Numbered from the stretch's first letter, positions 1-10,153 are shown. The stretch: DNA of 36,604 nucleotides from Ignavibacteriota bacterium (GCA_963727825.1 CAVSHO010000006.1:1-36604); one strand, 5' to 3'. Notes: a model not told the origin generated them from the sequence alone. Made by a program: numbers and translations.

Positions 1-96
1 CGATTCGATCGAAGATCGAATCAGGACTTACTTGTTCGCCATCTTTTTAGCGGGGCGCCCTTCCATTGAGAGGTAATTTGTTGAGAGAAAATTATT

Positions 97-495
97 ATGA
101 TTTACCATATTGTAATAACAAAAGAGTTTCAATCTTGCATTGATGAGATAAAATATATTCCGAGTAATTTGAAAGATGATGGATTTATCCATTGTTCACT
201 TGAATCCTCAGTTATCCCTGTCGCAAATGATTATTATGGAAATATTAAGGAGGAGTTACTGCTACTTCGAATTGAACCTCTGATCCTTAAGTCAAAAGTT
301 AAATATGAAGCTGCAAAACCAGAAAAAGGTATCAATACATCACATTTATCAAGTTCGCAGATATTTCCCCACATTTACGGACCCATCGACCTTGAAGCAA
401 TAGATGGGATCGGAATTCTAGAAAAAAAAGAATCTGGCTATATATGGCCAAAGGAATTTGAATCGAGAGAAATATATTTGCACAAAGAGATGTGA
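97..495 (+). CDS. DUF952 domain-containing protein
   Basis: MIYHI N-terminus, GFIHCS and FPHIYGPI motifs typical of DUF952. Confidence 0.9.
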   Translation: MIYHIVITKEFQSCIDEIKYIPSNLKDDGFIHCSLESSVIPVANDYYGNIKEELLLLRIEPLILKSKVKYEAAKPEKGINTSHLSSSQIFPHIYGPIDLEAIDGIGILEKKESGYIWPKEFESREIYLHKEM

Positions 496-603
496 ATAGG
501 GTATTTGGTACCGCGACTGGTCAAATACACTGTATGGTTACATCAAGTACCAGAATTGTGCCCAAGGCAATGAAATTGCAATATCACTAAAGTGATTCAA
601 AAT

Positions 604-1134
604 ATGCCAACAGAAGAAGAATTGAAATATCCCATTGGCAGATTTAAGTTTGTTCAGCCAACATCTGAACTTCGAGTTGAACAGATTCGTCAGTTTAGAA
701 TTGCTCCGCGTTTTTTATATAATGCAATTAAAAATCTTACTGAAAATCAACTCCTCAACTCATATCGACCCGGTGGTTGGACTCTTGCCCAGGTTGTACA
801 TCATCTGGTTGAATCAGATGTTAATGCATATCCTCGACTTAAATACGCACTTACATTAGATGTACCGGATGTGATGGTGGCAGAGCAAGCATTGTGGGCA
901 GAATTGCCCGATGCAAAATCTCCATCAATTGATTTGTCACTGACTCTGTTCGAAGCAATCCGTAATCGTTGGGCAAATGCATTTGAATCGCTTAGCCCGG
1001 ATTCCTTCGATAGACAATGGCGGCATGTCCGGTATGGTGTTTTAACAATCGATTTCTTACTTCAGCAATATTTGTGGCATGCCCAGCATCATACTGCTCA
1101 AATAAGCGAACATCGTAAGCGGATGGGTTGGTAA
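604..1134 (+). CDS. YfiT/BstA-like bacillithiol transferase (DinB superfamily)
   Basis: LKYPIGRF, YRPGGWT.AQVVHHL.ES, WH..HH.AQI metal-binding His motifs; ATG at 604 preferred over GTG 592. Confidence 0.85.
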   Translation: MPTEEELKYPIGRFKFVQPTSELRVEQIRQFRIAPRFLYNAIKNLTENQLLNSYRPGGWTLAQVVHHLVESDVNAYPRLKYALTLDVPDVMVAEQALWAELPDAKSPSIDLSLTLFEAIRNRWANAFESLSPDSFDRQWRHVRYGVLTIDFLLQQYLWHAQHHTAQISEHRKRMGW

Positions 1135-1207
1135 TGTAAAAGAGAATTAACGACTTAGAAATTATATTTCCGAAGAAACCCAACTAGTAGTTGATTACAT
1201 AAAATTC

Positions 1208-2131
1208 TTACATACCGTCCACCAATCCCGCCATATTCTCGTAGAATATTTTCTTAATGTCAGGTATCGGAACACGCATTTCCTGGACCAATTTGAGTTG
1301 ATTATCTACAATGTCGTAGCGGTAACCGCGCGGTAGAAGACCTGAAGCTGATCCAAATAAGATTCTCTTTGCAGTATAAACTTCTAAGAATTTTTGAAAC
1401 ACACGGCGCATATCAGGTTTTGTCGGATGCTCGGTAATCCAGGAATTTGAGCCGGCAGTATCAACATAAACATTCGGACATTCTTTCCCAACTTCTAAAG
1501 TCTCTTCAAACATTCCAGAGCCAAAATTCGGAATGATAAATTTAATACCGGTAAATTTCTTTGCTACTGGTATCAAATCTTTAGGATTAGCGAACTCATC
1601 ATTCGTTATTGTAGGAATGCCGGTGTACTCTCGTGGACGCATAATCAATTTGCCAAAATGTACAAAAATAATGCCGCTACATTCCTGAATGAGGTTGTAG
1701 AGAGGATAGAGCCACTCATCGGTGACATTAATTTGATAAAGCGAAGGGTAGAGCAATACTCCTTTCAATTTATTTTCCTGCATCCGCTTTGTGGCATTCT
1801 CCATCAACATATTAGAATTTGGATCGACCACAAACATTCCCGAGAAGCGAGAGGGGAATGCTTTAATTGCTTTTATAATCGATTCTTCATCTCCGGGGAT
1901 ACTGCTGAAAAGCATCAGTCGTTCTAACTTCCATTTATCGATAATATCAATCCAGCGCTTGGCAAGTTGCTCAGGATCTTCACCGGGAATTTCGATGTGT
2001 CCTTTCGAAGCTATATTCCTCAGCTCAGCATTGATGTCTGCGCGATTAGGCTTTTGTTTCACTAAGAACTTGAAAAAAGCGTTCGAGTAGAAGTGAACGT
2101 GAGCATCAAATATTTTAAATAGACCAATCAA
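1208..2131 (-). CDS. Amidohydrolase_2 family protein with degenerate active-site motifs
   Basis: DAHVHF, VHFG, NVYVDTAG, RILFGS, KIFYEN motifs. Confidence 0.85.
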   Translation of the reverse strand: MIGLFKIFDAHVHFYSNAFFKFLVKQKPNRADINAELRNIASKGHIEIPGEDPEQLAKRWIDIIDKWKLERLMLFSSIPGDEESIIKAIKAFPSRFSGMFVVDPNSNMLMENATKRMQENKLKGVLLYPSLYQINVTDEWLYPLYNLIQECSGIIFVHFGKLIMRPREYTGIPTITNDEFANPKDLIPVAKKFTGIKFIIPNFGSGMFEETLEVGKECPNVYVDTAGSNSWITEHPTKPDMRRVFQKFLEVYTAKRILFGSASGLLPRGYRYDIVDNQLKLVQEMRVPIPDIKKIFYENMAGLVDGM

Positions 2132-2220
2132 ATCAATTGTAAGTCAATAATGATGAAAAGTTGTCTTATCATATACAAATATTTATCAAAATAATTTAAT
2201 ATTACCAATATGGACAAATT

Positions 2221-2958
2221 TTATTTGGATGATGGTTCTTTCTTTGCAATATAGATGGAAGCAATACCGAATGTCTGTGGGAAACATGTCGCAGTTGTGA
2301 ATCCCGCAGAACGCAATATACCACAAAAATCTTCTCCATCAGGAAACTCCGCCATTGTGCTTGGGAGATATTCGTATGCCGAACGATTGTTTGAAACGAT
2401 TCCTCCAAGCAGAGGGAGGATGTAGCGTAAATATATGTGAAACATTTGTTTTATCGGAAATCGTCTTGATTTTGAAAATTCTAAGATCATTGCGCCTCCG
2501 CCTATGCGTAGAACACGATAAAATTCTTTCAATCCAAGTTCAAGATTCGTAAAATTTCTTACACCGAATGCCGCCATCACTACATCAAATGAACCTGACT
2601 CGAAACGCATATGTTCCGCTTCACCGGACTCAAGCGTGATAAGTTGTTCCAGATTCCGAGATCTAATTTTATTGCGGCCTTTTTCAAGCATTTTGGGCGA
2701 AATATCGATGCCGACAATATGTTCAGGATTTAACTGCACTGCTTCAATAGCAAGGTCGGCAGTGCCCGTGGCTGCATCAAGAATCTGTTTCGGTCGAATC
2801 GGTTGAAGCAGCCTAATTGCTCTTCGCCGCCAAATAATATCAATACCCGTACTCAGCGTATGATTAAGAAAATCGTACCGAGGTGCAATTGAATCGAACA
2901 GCGAGCGCACAAACGTTTGTTCATATACCTGCCGACTGGATAAATGATAATTTGTCAT
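2221..2958 (-). CDS. ubiE: Demethylmenaquinone/ubiquinone methyltransferase
   Basis: FDSIAPRYDFLNH.LS.GID..WRR, LD.ATGTAD SAM motif, AFGVRN, AYEYLP. Confidence 0.93.
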   Translation of the reverse strand: MTNYHLSSRQVYEQTFVRSLFDSIAPRYDFLNHTLSTGIDIIWRRRAIRLLQPIRPKQILDAATGTADLAIEAVQLNPEHIVGIDISPKMLEKGRNKIRSRNLEQLITLESGEAEHMRFESGSFDVVMAAFGVRNFTNLELGLKEFYRVLRIGGGAMILEFSKSRRFPIKQMFHIYLRYILPLLGGIVSNNRSAYEYLPSTMAEFPDGEDFCGILRSAGFTTATCFPQTFGIASIYIAKKEPSSK

Positions 2959-3131
2959 CTGCAATTATTAGATTGAGCCAATAAGCCTATGAGTTAATCA
3001 CTCATCTGCTTATAGAATTATCGGCTTTAAGATTCATTTACTCGTCGGCCTATAGGTATCTATTACCTAAAATATACACAAGAGAGCTAAGAATTCCAAG
3101 ATTAACCGCGTTACTAACCTGAAGAAGTATC

Positions 3132-3160
3132 TTGAATAAAATAAAAGATTAACGTATTAT
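3132..3160 (+). promoter_or_regulatory. Putative sigma70 promoter of the tatD operon
   Basis: TTGAAT-17 bp-TATTAT upstream of tatD. Confidence 0.45.
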
Positions 3161-3183
3161 TTCATTAGAGGACTGCCGAGCGG

Positions 3184-4041
3184 ATGCAAACTATGATACC
3201 ACGCTACATCGATTCTCATGCCCATCTTTTCTTTGCAGATTATGCCAATGACCTTGATGATGTACTCTTGCGCGCAAGAGAAGCCGGAATAGACGTTATT
3301 GTTGTTCCGGGAACTGATCTGAAGTCCACTCGGGAAGCTGTGATGCTTGCTGATACACACGAAAATATTTTTGCATGCGTGGGTATCCATCCGCACGAAG
3401 TATCAAAAGCAGCCTCTCAGGATTTAGCGGAGATCGAAAAACTTTGCGATCATAGGAAAGTAGTCGCTGTTGGTGAAATAGGATTGGATTATCATTATGA
3501 TTTCTCGCCAAGAGAGCTTCAGAAAAAATTCTTTGAAAAACAAATAGGAATTGCTGTAAGAAAAAACTTGCCGGTTGTTGTGCATATGCGCGAATCAACT
3601 GAAGATACTTTCTCTATCGTAGAACAGATTGTAAATACAAATCCAAATTGGAAAGAGAGCGGCAAAGAACCGATGCGCGGAGTATTTCATTGTTTTCCGG
3701 GAACAGCAGACCAAGCAGCTTATGTACACGGACTTGGTTTTTTCATTTCATATCCCGGTATTGTTACATTCAAGAAATCAAATAGTATTGAATTACTGAA
3801 GCAGATTGGAATTAACAACATCTTGCTCGAAACAGATTCTCCATATATGACGCCAGTCCCATTGCGTGGAAAAAGAAATGAGCCGGCGAACATAGTGTTG
3901 ATTGGACGTAAGATAGCTGAGGTGCTTGGTATTTCCGAAGAAGAAGTGGCTCGCATTACAACAAAGAATACTGTTCGTTTGTTCGGACTTAGTCGTTTAG
4001 AATTGGATACTATGAGTTTAAACCAGGAAAAAGGATTGTGA
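3184..4041 (+). CDS. tatD: TatD family deoxyribonuclease
   Basis: DSHAHL, VGIHPH, GEIGLDY, VHMRE, HCF, LLETDSPY, RNEP. Confidence 0.95.
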   Translation: MQTMIPRYIDSHAHLFFADYANDLDDVLLRAREAGIDVIVVPGTDLKSTREAVMLADTHENIFACVGIHPHEVSKAASQDLAEIEKLCDHRKVVAVGEIGLDYHYDFSPRELQKKFFEKQIGIAVRKNLPVVVHMRESTEDTFSIVEQIVNTNPNWKESGKEPMRGVFHCFPGTADQAAYVHGLGFFISYPGIVTFKKSNSIELLKQIGINNILLETDSPYMTPVPLRGKRNEPANIVLIGRKIAEVLGISEEEVARITTKNTVRLFGLSRLELDTMSLNQEKGL

Positions 4042-6152
4042 AGAAATTAGCATTGATTATTCTTGTCGTATTTTTTTATTCTCCTCAACACGCACAACCG
4101 ATTTCTCCGAGTGAACGTGAAATTCTTCAACTGCAAGATCAACGCTCTTTAGGCAGTGGAAAACTTACTTCCTATCTAAAAGATCAAAATGTTCAACTAC
4201 GATATCGTGCTGCGATTGCACTTGCAAACCTGCAGGATTCTTTAACAGTTGAAGAATTTGCAATATCATTAGGAGATAATGACAGAGAAGTCCGCGCAGC
4301 TTCAGCGCTTGCATTGGGACAAATTAGAACAGAGAGATCAGCCGGTAAATTGCTTTCTGCAATCTCGTCCGAAAAGGATGCAAAAGTCATTGCAAGAATA
4401 TTAGAGGCGATAGGTAAATGCGGCTCTCCCAAATTCCTGGATTCGCTTCTTGCTCTCAATGAACTGGATTTGATAAGACTTCCTCAAAAAGAATTTGCAA
4501 TGTGTATCGCACGGTTTGCAATTCGTCAAATTAGAACAGAGCGGTCTATTTGGAAATGCTTCGAGTATGCAAGCAGCAATTCACCGGAAGTGTGCTCCGC
4601 TGCGCTATTTGCTCTTTGGAGATCAGCGCCAAACGGATTAATTGATCTGGAAATATCGAAACACAGCGAAGAACTAATTTCGTTGGCTGAAAATAATAAT
4701 CCAGGTATTCGAATGCATCTGGCGACGCTGCTCGGAAGATCGAAATCGAAAGATTCGCAAGAAATCTTAGATACTCTTGAAAATACAGAGAAGAAATTTA
4801 ATGATTGGCATGTGTGGGTTCAAATAGTTCGCGCATGCGCGGCTCTTTCTAGGACGACTGACAACATGCTGTCGAAATATCTTGAATATTTTTCAATGAA
4901 GAATAATCACATCAAAATTGTCGCTCTGCAAGCATTTAGCATCTCGCCGTTTCCGCTTGTTGAGCAATCAGATTTATTCGATTCTGTGCGATCAACGTTG
5001 CACGGTCTTGCAAATGATAGTAATGAAAATGAGGCTGTGCGTGGAGAGGCACTTGTTGCGCTGGGAAAACATTTTCCAAAAGAACTTGAGTCGTTTTATA
5101 CTTGGCTTGCCAGTAGTCAAGTCGCTTCGCGGCTGAAGGCTAAACTGCTGGAAGGAATCGCGCAACAAATAACTAAGGAACATCTCACGATACTTCGTCA
5201 TAATCTTAATCACGAATCGAATCGCGTTGCAATGGCGGCTTGGGATTTTATTAGACCAATGCTCAATCCGGCAGTTAAAAATAAACTTGATCTCGATTCA
5301 AATGAAAGTAAATATTTACTAAAAGATATTTTTAAGGAGGCAAAAAGTGCACTGGTAAAAAATGATATAGGAATCACGTCTATTGTCGCCAATATGTTTG
5401 CCGATACGATGGTATTTAGTAATTTTAAGGATGCCGGGCTTACTGACCAGATTATTTATGAATTTATCTCAGCATTTGGAAATCTTACTCATAATGATGA
5501 TTTAGAAGCGAAGCAGGCAATACTTCAAGCATTAGGAAATATGAACAGCGTGCATGCTGTTCCATTTTTAGAAAAAGAATTATCGGACTCAGAACAATCG
5601 GTCGCCGATGAAGCCGCCGCATCTTTGCGCCGTATCACAGGTAATGATTATTCAAACAGATTGCCTCATCGAACGATTACAAGCAGAACTGAAGAAGATT
5701 GGGATATTCTTGAAAGTGTCAAACCGAACCAACGCGTTCGCATCGTAACCAATCGTGGTGAAATTATACTTGAGTTGATGAAAGAGCAAGCACCATTCAC
5801 GGTATTGAATTTTGTGAAGTTGATCAAGAAGGAATTCTATAACGGTTTGTGTTTTCACCGTGTAGTGCCGGATTTTGTAGTCCAAGGAGGCGATCCTCGA
5901 GGCGATGGCTGGGGTGGTCCAGGATATCAAATGCGTACAGAAATATCAACGGCTAATTACGAGCGTGGGAGCTGCGGCATGGCAAGTGCCGGAAAGGATA
6001 CGGAGGGAAGTCAGTTCTTCATCACTCATATTTCTACGCCGCATCTTGACGGACGCTACACTATCTTTGCAAAAGTAGTAAAAGGAATGGAAATTGTTGA
6101 TTGTCTTCAGGTCGGTGATATCATGAAGACAATTCAGTTAGTGCAGGAATGA
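4038..6152 (+). CDS. Exported HEAT-repeat protein with C-terminal cyclophilin-type PPIase
   Basis: Signal peptide; HEAT repeats (VRAASALALGQI); FHRVVPDFVVQGGDP, GSQFFITH, HLDGRYTIF; overlaps tatD stop (GTGA). Confidence 0.92.
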   Translation: MKKLALIILVVFFYSPQHAQPISPSEREILQLQDQRSLGSGKLTSYLKDQNVQLRYRAAIALANLQDSLTVEEFAISLGDNDREVRAASALALGQIRTERSAGKLLSAISSEKDAKVIARILEAIGKCGSPKFLDSLLALNELDLIRLPQKEFAMCIARFAIRQIRTERSIWKCFEYASSNSPEVCSAALFALWRSAPNGLIDLEISKHSEELISLAENNNPGIRMHLATLLGRSKSKDSQEILDTLENTEKKFNDWHVWVQIVRACAALSRTTDNMLSKYLEYFSMKNNHIKIVALQAFSISPFPLVEQSDLFDSVRSTLHGLANDSNENEAVRGEALVALGKHFPKELESFYTWLASSQVASRLKAKLLEGIAQQITKEHLTILRHNLNHESNRVAMAAWDFIRPMLNPAVKNKLDLDSNESKYLLKDIFKEAKSALVKNDIGITSIVANMFADTMVFSNFKDAGLTDQIIYEFISAFGNLTHNDDLEAKQAILQALGNMNSVHAVPFLEKELSDSEQSVADEAAASLRRITGNDYSNRLPHRTITSRTEEDWDILESVKPNQRVRIVTNRGEIILELMKEQAPFTVLNFVKLIKKEFYNGLCFHRVVPDFVVQGGDPRGDGWGGPGYQMRTEISTANYERGSCGMASAGKDTEGSQFFITHISTPHLDGRYTIFAKVVKGMEIVDCLQVGDIMKTIQLVQE

Positions 6153-6162
6153 CGGCGAACTA

Positions 6163-7074
6163 CTATTTCATTTTCCATTCTTGATAAGTGGACCGGTGTT
6201 CTTGATCGTACGTGGATAGCGTTTCATACACACTGCGGTCGGGATAAGCTTGGAAGGCTTCTGCAATTTCCTTGTACTTTGCATCAAAAAATTGTTTCAC
6301 AACGACACTAGTAGAATTTTGATGAAGGCGAATATCATTGATTGACGCGATAGCTGCGAGCATATTATCAAGCCCTTTTTTCGAGTCTGTTGCCAGTAAA
6401 TCAATGCCATCAAAATGATAATTGTTAAATGCGGTGCGAAAGGCATTAAACTTTACATTAGAAAGTTCATCTGTAATACCAAACTTATTATATCCGGAAG
6501 AAGATTGCTGCCAATCTTTTGCTGCTGATGAGTTAGATGCAAGTTGAACTGTATTTAACGCTTTTTGAAAACAGGGAGATCCGGACATAGGGACGTAGGT
6601 TTCCAGGTCATATCCAATAATTAGATACGCATAGAAATCAAGAAATCCTGTCAAAGGATCAAAAACCATTTCGTCATGGTTAATGCGTTGGTTAGGAGTG
6701 TAGGTGAAGTTCCAATTATTATCCATAATTCGCATAACGAGTGTTGTGCGGTCGGATTTTTCGTCGCCGATATAAATTGGGCGCTGGCTTGACACGGCAA
6801 CCTGTACTTGATAATAATTGTTGCTTGTAGCCGATGTAAAAAAAATATCCAAACTGCATTGGATTTTTTCTCCGTCAAGGTCTTCGTTGGTGAAGCGTGT
6901 GTTATTCATATAACGCTCAATATCTTGAGCGAAAGTTCGCAAATAGCCGCGCTGAGCTGATTGGATAGATTCTATATTGATCGTGACAGTGCAGTTGAGT
7001 TCTTGAGAATTAAGGAGAGGTGTCGCGACTAATAAGAGAGTGAAAAGTAGGGCTACGGCTTCAAAATTTTTCAT
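6163..7074 (-). CDS. DUF4835 family protein (PorD-like)
   Basis: Signal peptide then QELNCTVTIN; DFYAYLIIGYD, FFDAKYKEI motifs. Confidence 0.85.
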   Translation of the reverse strand: MKNFEAVALLFTLLLVATPLLNSQELNCTVTINIESIQSAQRGYLRTFAQDIERYMNNTRFTNEDLDGEKIQCSLDIFFTSATSNNYYQVQVAVSSQRPIYIGDEKSDRTTLVMRIMDNNWNFTYTPNQRINHDEMVFDPLTGFLDFYAYLIIGYDLETYVPMSGSPCFQKALNTVQLASNSSAAKDWQQSSSGYNKFGITDELSNVKFNAFRTAFNNYHFDGIDLLATDSKKGLDNMLAAIASINDIRLHQNSTSVVVKQFFDAKYKEIAEAFQAYPDRSVYETLSTYDQEHRSTYQEWKMK

Positions 7075-7088
7075 AGGGGGCTCATTCC

Positions 7089-7955
7089 ATGTTTAGATTA
7101 AAAAAATATACCCAAATTCTACTGCCTCGGCAAGTAAAAAGGTCAGGTTACGCAATTATCGCTTGCTTGCTCACCAATTATCCACACCTTTTTGCATTAG
7201 AAAATAATGGACTGGGCATAAAAGCGATTGGAATGGCAAATGCCTTTACAGCGCTGTCAGATAATTGCTGGGCGATCAACTACAATCCGGCGGGCCTCGC
7301 TAGCTTGACCGCCTTTCAATGTTCTGCGTTTATTGTTCCGCAACAGTTCGGATTACAGGAACTGCAGACAACAGCTCTTGCGGCGGCGAGGCCTTTTTCA
7401 TTTGCGACAATTGGAATTAAAGTGGAGAAATTCGGTTTCGATTTATATAAGGAAACAGAATTTGGACTGGCAGTCGCCTCAAAAATTGATGGAAATATTT
7501 CAGGAGGATTAAGTTTTCAATATCAACGGCTAGATATTGATCGATATGGCACTGCCGGCAATTTTTCCATAAATGGAGGAATAATTGCTCGTGTGTTGAA
7601 GAACGTCGATGTTGGGTTCGATATAAATAACATTACCGGTGCAACTATTGGAAAAACTGATGAGAAGATGCCGCAAGTGTGCAGCTTAGGAGCTTGCTTA
7701 TCCCCCCTTAACGAATTTAAAGTATCAATTGAAATGGAAAAGGATATTCGTTTTCCTGCGAGTATAAAAATGGGCATAGAGCAAATTGTGTTTGATGTGA
7801 TTGCATTCCGCGCAGGGGTAGCAAATAATCCAGACAAATATTCATTAGGGTTTGCTGTCAGATATTCGTTTTATGAATTTGGATATGCAGGCTACAGCCA
7901 TCCTGATCTCGGCTGGACTCATCAGATTGAACTTTCTTTCAAGCTTGATAAATAA
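7089..7955 (+). CDS. PorV/PorQ-like outer-membrane beta-barrel protein
   Basis: IGMANAFTAL..N.WAINYNPAGLA N-terminal motif; C-terminal HPDLGWTHQIELSF; start uncertain. Confidence 0.7.
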   Translation: MFRLKKYTQILLPRQVKRSGYAIIACLLTNYPHLFALENNGLGIKAIGMANAFTALSDNCWAINYNPAGLASLTAFQCSAFIVPQQFGLQELQTTALAAARPFSFATIGIKVEKFGFDLYKETEFGLAVASKIDGNISGGLSFQYQRLDIDRYGTAGNFSINGGIIARVLKNVDVGFDINNITGATIGKTDEKMPQVCSLGACLSPLNEFKVSIEMEKDIRFPASIKMGIEQIVFDVIAFRAGVANNPDKYSLGFAVRYSFYEFGYAGYSHPDLGWTHQIELSFKLDK

Positions 7956-7956
7956 A

Positions 7957-8124
7957 TGATATTACAGAAAATCATCTTTATGCGCTTTTGAATATGAAAT
8001 GTAACAGAACAAATAACACCACTCCATATCCCCTTTTTCCTCATTTGAGGAGAGGAAAAAGGGGAGGTGGACAAATATAAAAGACTATAATCCTTTAATA
8101 AAGAATAACCATTGCAAAACATCA
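7957..8124 (+). mobile_element. MITE-like intergenic element, copy A (no nested hairpin insertions)
   Basis: Ends TGATATTACAG / TGCAAAACATCA; internal ACACCACTCC, GGGAGGTGGACAA and ACTATAATCCTTTAATAAA shared with copies at 24271 and 33108. Confidence 0.75.
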
Positions 8125-8134
8125 GTAAGTAACT

Positions 8135-10153
8135 ATGCGCACTTTTGCATTTATCTTATTTAGTACTGCTGTTGTATCTCTTGCCAATGGGCAAGAGCTA
8201 TCGTCAGCAGATACGTCGGATTTATGGGAAGACATTCAATGGGAAAAAATATTAGAGACTAATATTCAAGCTGATGAAAATTCTACTGCGGCTGAAGAAA
8301 CGATTATACTTGAAGACAATCCGCTTAATCTTAATACGGCTTCAGCAGAAGAGCTGCATCGAATTCCGGCAATGTCAAATCTTATTGTATCCCGTATTAT
8401 TGATAGGCGCAAACATAAACGATTTACTTCTATAGATGAACTTTTAGGGATCGAAGGAGTGACACCGGAGTTTCTTTCCTTTATTCGTAAGTTTGTAAGA
8501 ATTGAAAAAAGAAATGAAAGTTCAGACATTAACGCCTCTTTTATCAGCAGGACATCGACAGAAATTGAAAAGCAGCAAGGATATCTCAATGGCGCGTATC
8601 CGGGCTCGCCGGCAAAAGTGCTTAACCGATTTCATCTTTCGCTTGATGAAAATAAACCGTTTTTATCATCTATCATTTCTGATATGGAAGTTGGCGTGTT
8701 GACTGAAAAAGATCCCGGAGAACGAAGCCTCACAAATTTATTAACTTATTTCACCAGCTTTTCCGTGCCATCACTCGCTGCGCGCTTCATAGTTGGGGAT
8801 TATCAGATGGAGGACGCTGAAGGATTGATCTTTTGGAATGCATCAGCGTCTGTAAAGGGAAACGATGTTATTGCACCTGCAAGGAAAAATGGCGGCGGAA
8901 TTCATCCGCACCTTTCATCCGACGAAAATTCTTTTTTCCGGGGGATAGGTGCTTCGATCGGATTAGATAAATGGCAAGTGCAAGTTCTGTATTCCAACAA
9001 AGCACTAAATGCAACAATAGATTCGCTTGGATATATCTCGGCTATAGATAAAAGCGGATTATTCCGTACTGAAAGCGAACAACGCAAACAGAACTCATCA
9101 AGAGAGACACTCATAGGTTGCCGTGCTGTTACATGTCTTTTAGATGGATTGAAGATCGGATGTACTTATTACCATACGCGATTTGCGAATCCTTTACTGC
9201 TCGATGGTTTAAACGGCGAAAGCGCTTCTGAATTATGGATGCGAGGAATGGATATTTCTTTCACCAATAGAGCTGTAGATATATTTTCACAATTCGCGTT
9301 TGATCACGCTAATGCGCTTGCATCAATTGCAGGAATAACTTATGAACCGTACACAGCACTTGCGTTAACTATTATAGCTAGAAATTATCCACCTGCATTT
9401 CAGAGTATTCATGGGAATGCTTTTGGTGAGTTATCCGAACAAGTGCAAAACGAGAATGGTGTCTATGTTGGAATTAAGGCGCAGCCGATTCCGGGGTTGT
9501 GTCTATCGACGTACTACGATCAGTTTGAACATCCTAAGCCGACGTACCTCATACCGGCACCATCTCATGGCAATGATTTCATTGTGCTTGCAGAAGGTAA
9601 GCTTACAGAGCATTATGAGATAACATTTAGCTTTAAAAGGAAAGAACAACCGTCCGGGATTTATGAAAATGATTCGTATGGAAGATTAATTAAAGAAACA
9701 ATTTCCCGCATTCAACAGAACTATCGGCTTACTGGAGAATTCATTTCGTCACCATCGCTGAGTTTATCAAGCAGAGCCGAATGGGTGAATATAAACTATG
9801 GCGGGATACAGAATGCAGAAAAAGGAATGCTGATATCTCAAGCAATTAAGTGGAAGATATTTAATCTACTGACAATACAAGCACGACTTGCTGTCTTCGG
9901 GACGGATTCATACGATTCATCAATCTATGAGTTTGAAGATGAAGTGCCCGGAGCGTATAGCAATCCTGCTTTATATGGATGCGGTATGCGATGGTATTTT
10001 ATTTTGCGATATCAGATCTTTTCAAAAACATGCATTGCTGTGAAGTATGCACAAACAGTTAAGGATGGTGTTAAGTCGATGGGCACTGGTAATGATGAAA
10101 TCAATGGAGACAGCCAGAGTATAATAAGCATGCAAGTGGAAGTTCGACTATGA
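8135..10153 (+). CDS. Exported helix-hairpin-helix (ComEA-like) domain protein with probable C-terminal beta-barrel
   Basis: Signal peptide; PLNLNTASAEELHRIP...FTSIDELLGIEGV HhH_3 motif; EKDPGE, VGDY, ENSFFRG, NENGVY, DSYDSSIYEFE. Confidence 0.85.
   Translation: MRTFAFILFSTAVVSLANGQELSSADTSDLWEDIQWEKILETNIQADENSTAAEETIILEDNPLNLNTASAEELHRIPAMSNLIVSRIIDRRKHKRFTSIDELLGIEGVTPEFLSFIRKFVRIEKRNESSDINASFISRTSTEIEKQQGYLNGAYPGSPAKVLNRFHLSLDENKPFLSSIISDMEVGVLTEKDPGERSLTNLLTYFTSFSVPSLAARFIVGDYQMEDAEGLIFWNASASVKGNDVIAPARKNGGGIHPHLSSDENSFFRGIGASIGLDKWQVQVLYSNKALNATIDSLGYISAIDKSGLFRTESEQRKQNSSRETLIGCRAVTCLLDGLKIGCTYYHTRFANPLLLDGLNGESASELWMRGMDISFTNRAVDIFSQFAFDHANALASIAGITYEPYTALALTIIARNYPPAFQSIHGNAFGELSEQVQNENGVYVGIKAQPIPGLCLSTYYDQFEHPKPTYLIPAPSHGNDFIVLAEGKLTEHYEITFSFKRKEQPSGIYENDSYGRLIKETISRIQQNYRLTGEFISSPSLSLSSRAEWVNINYGGIQNAEKGMLISQAIKWKIFNLLTIQARLAVFGTDSYDSSIYEFEDEVPGAYSNPALYGCGMRWYFILRYQIFSKTCIAVKYAQTVKDGVKSMGTGNDEINGDSQSIISMQVEVRL

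Noticed and set aside
4038-6152. HEAT-cyclophilin fusion as a novelty
   Set aside because: The architecture is already familiar in FCB-group genomes.
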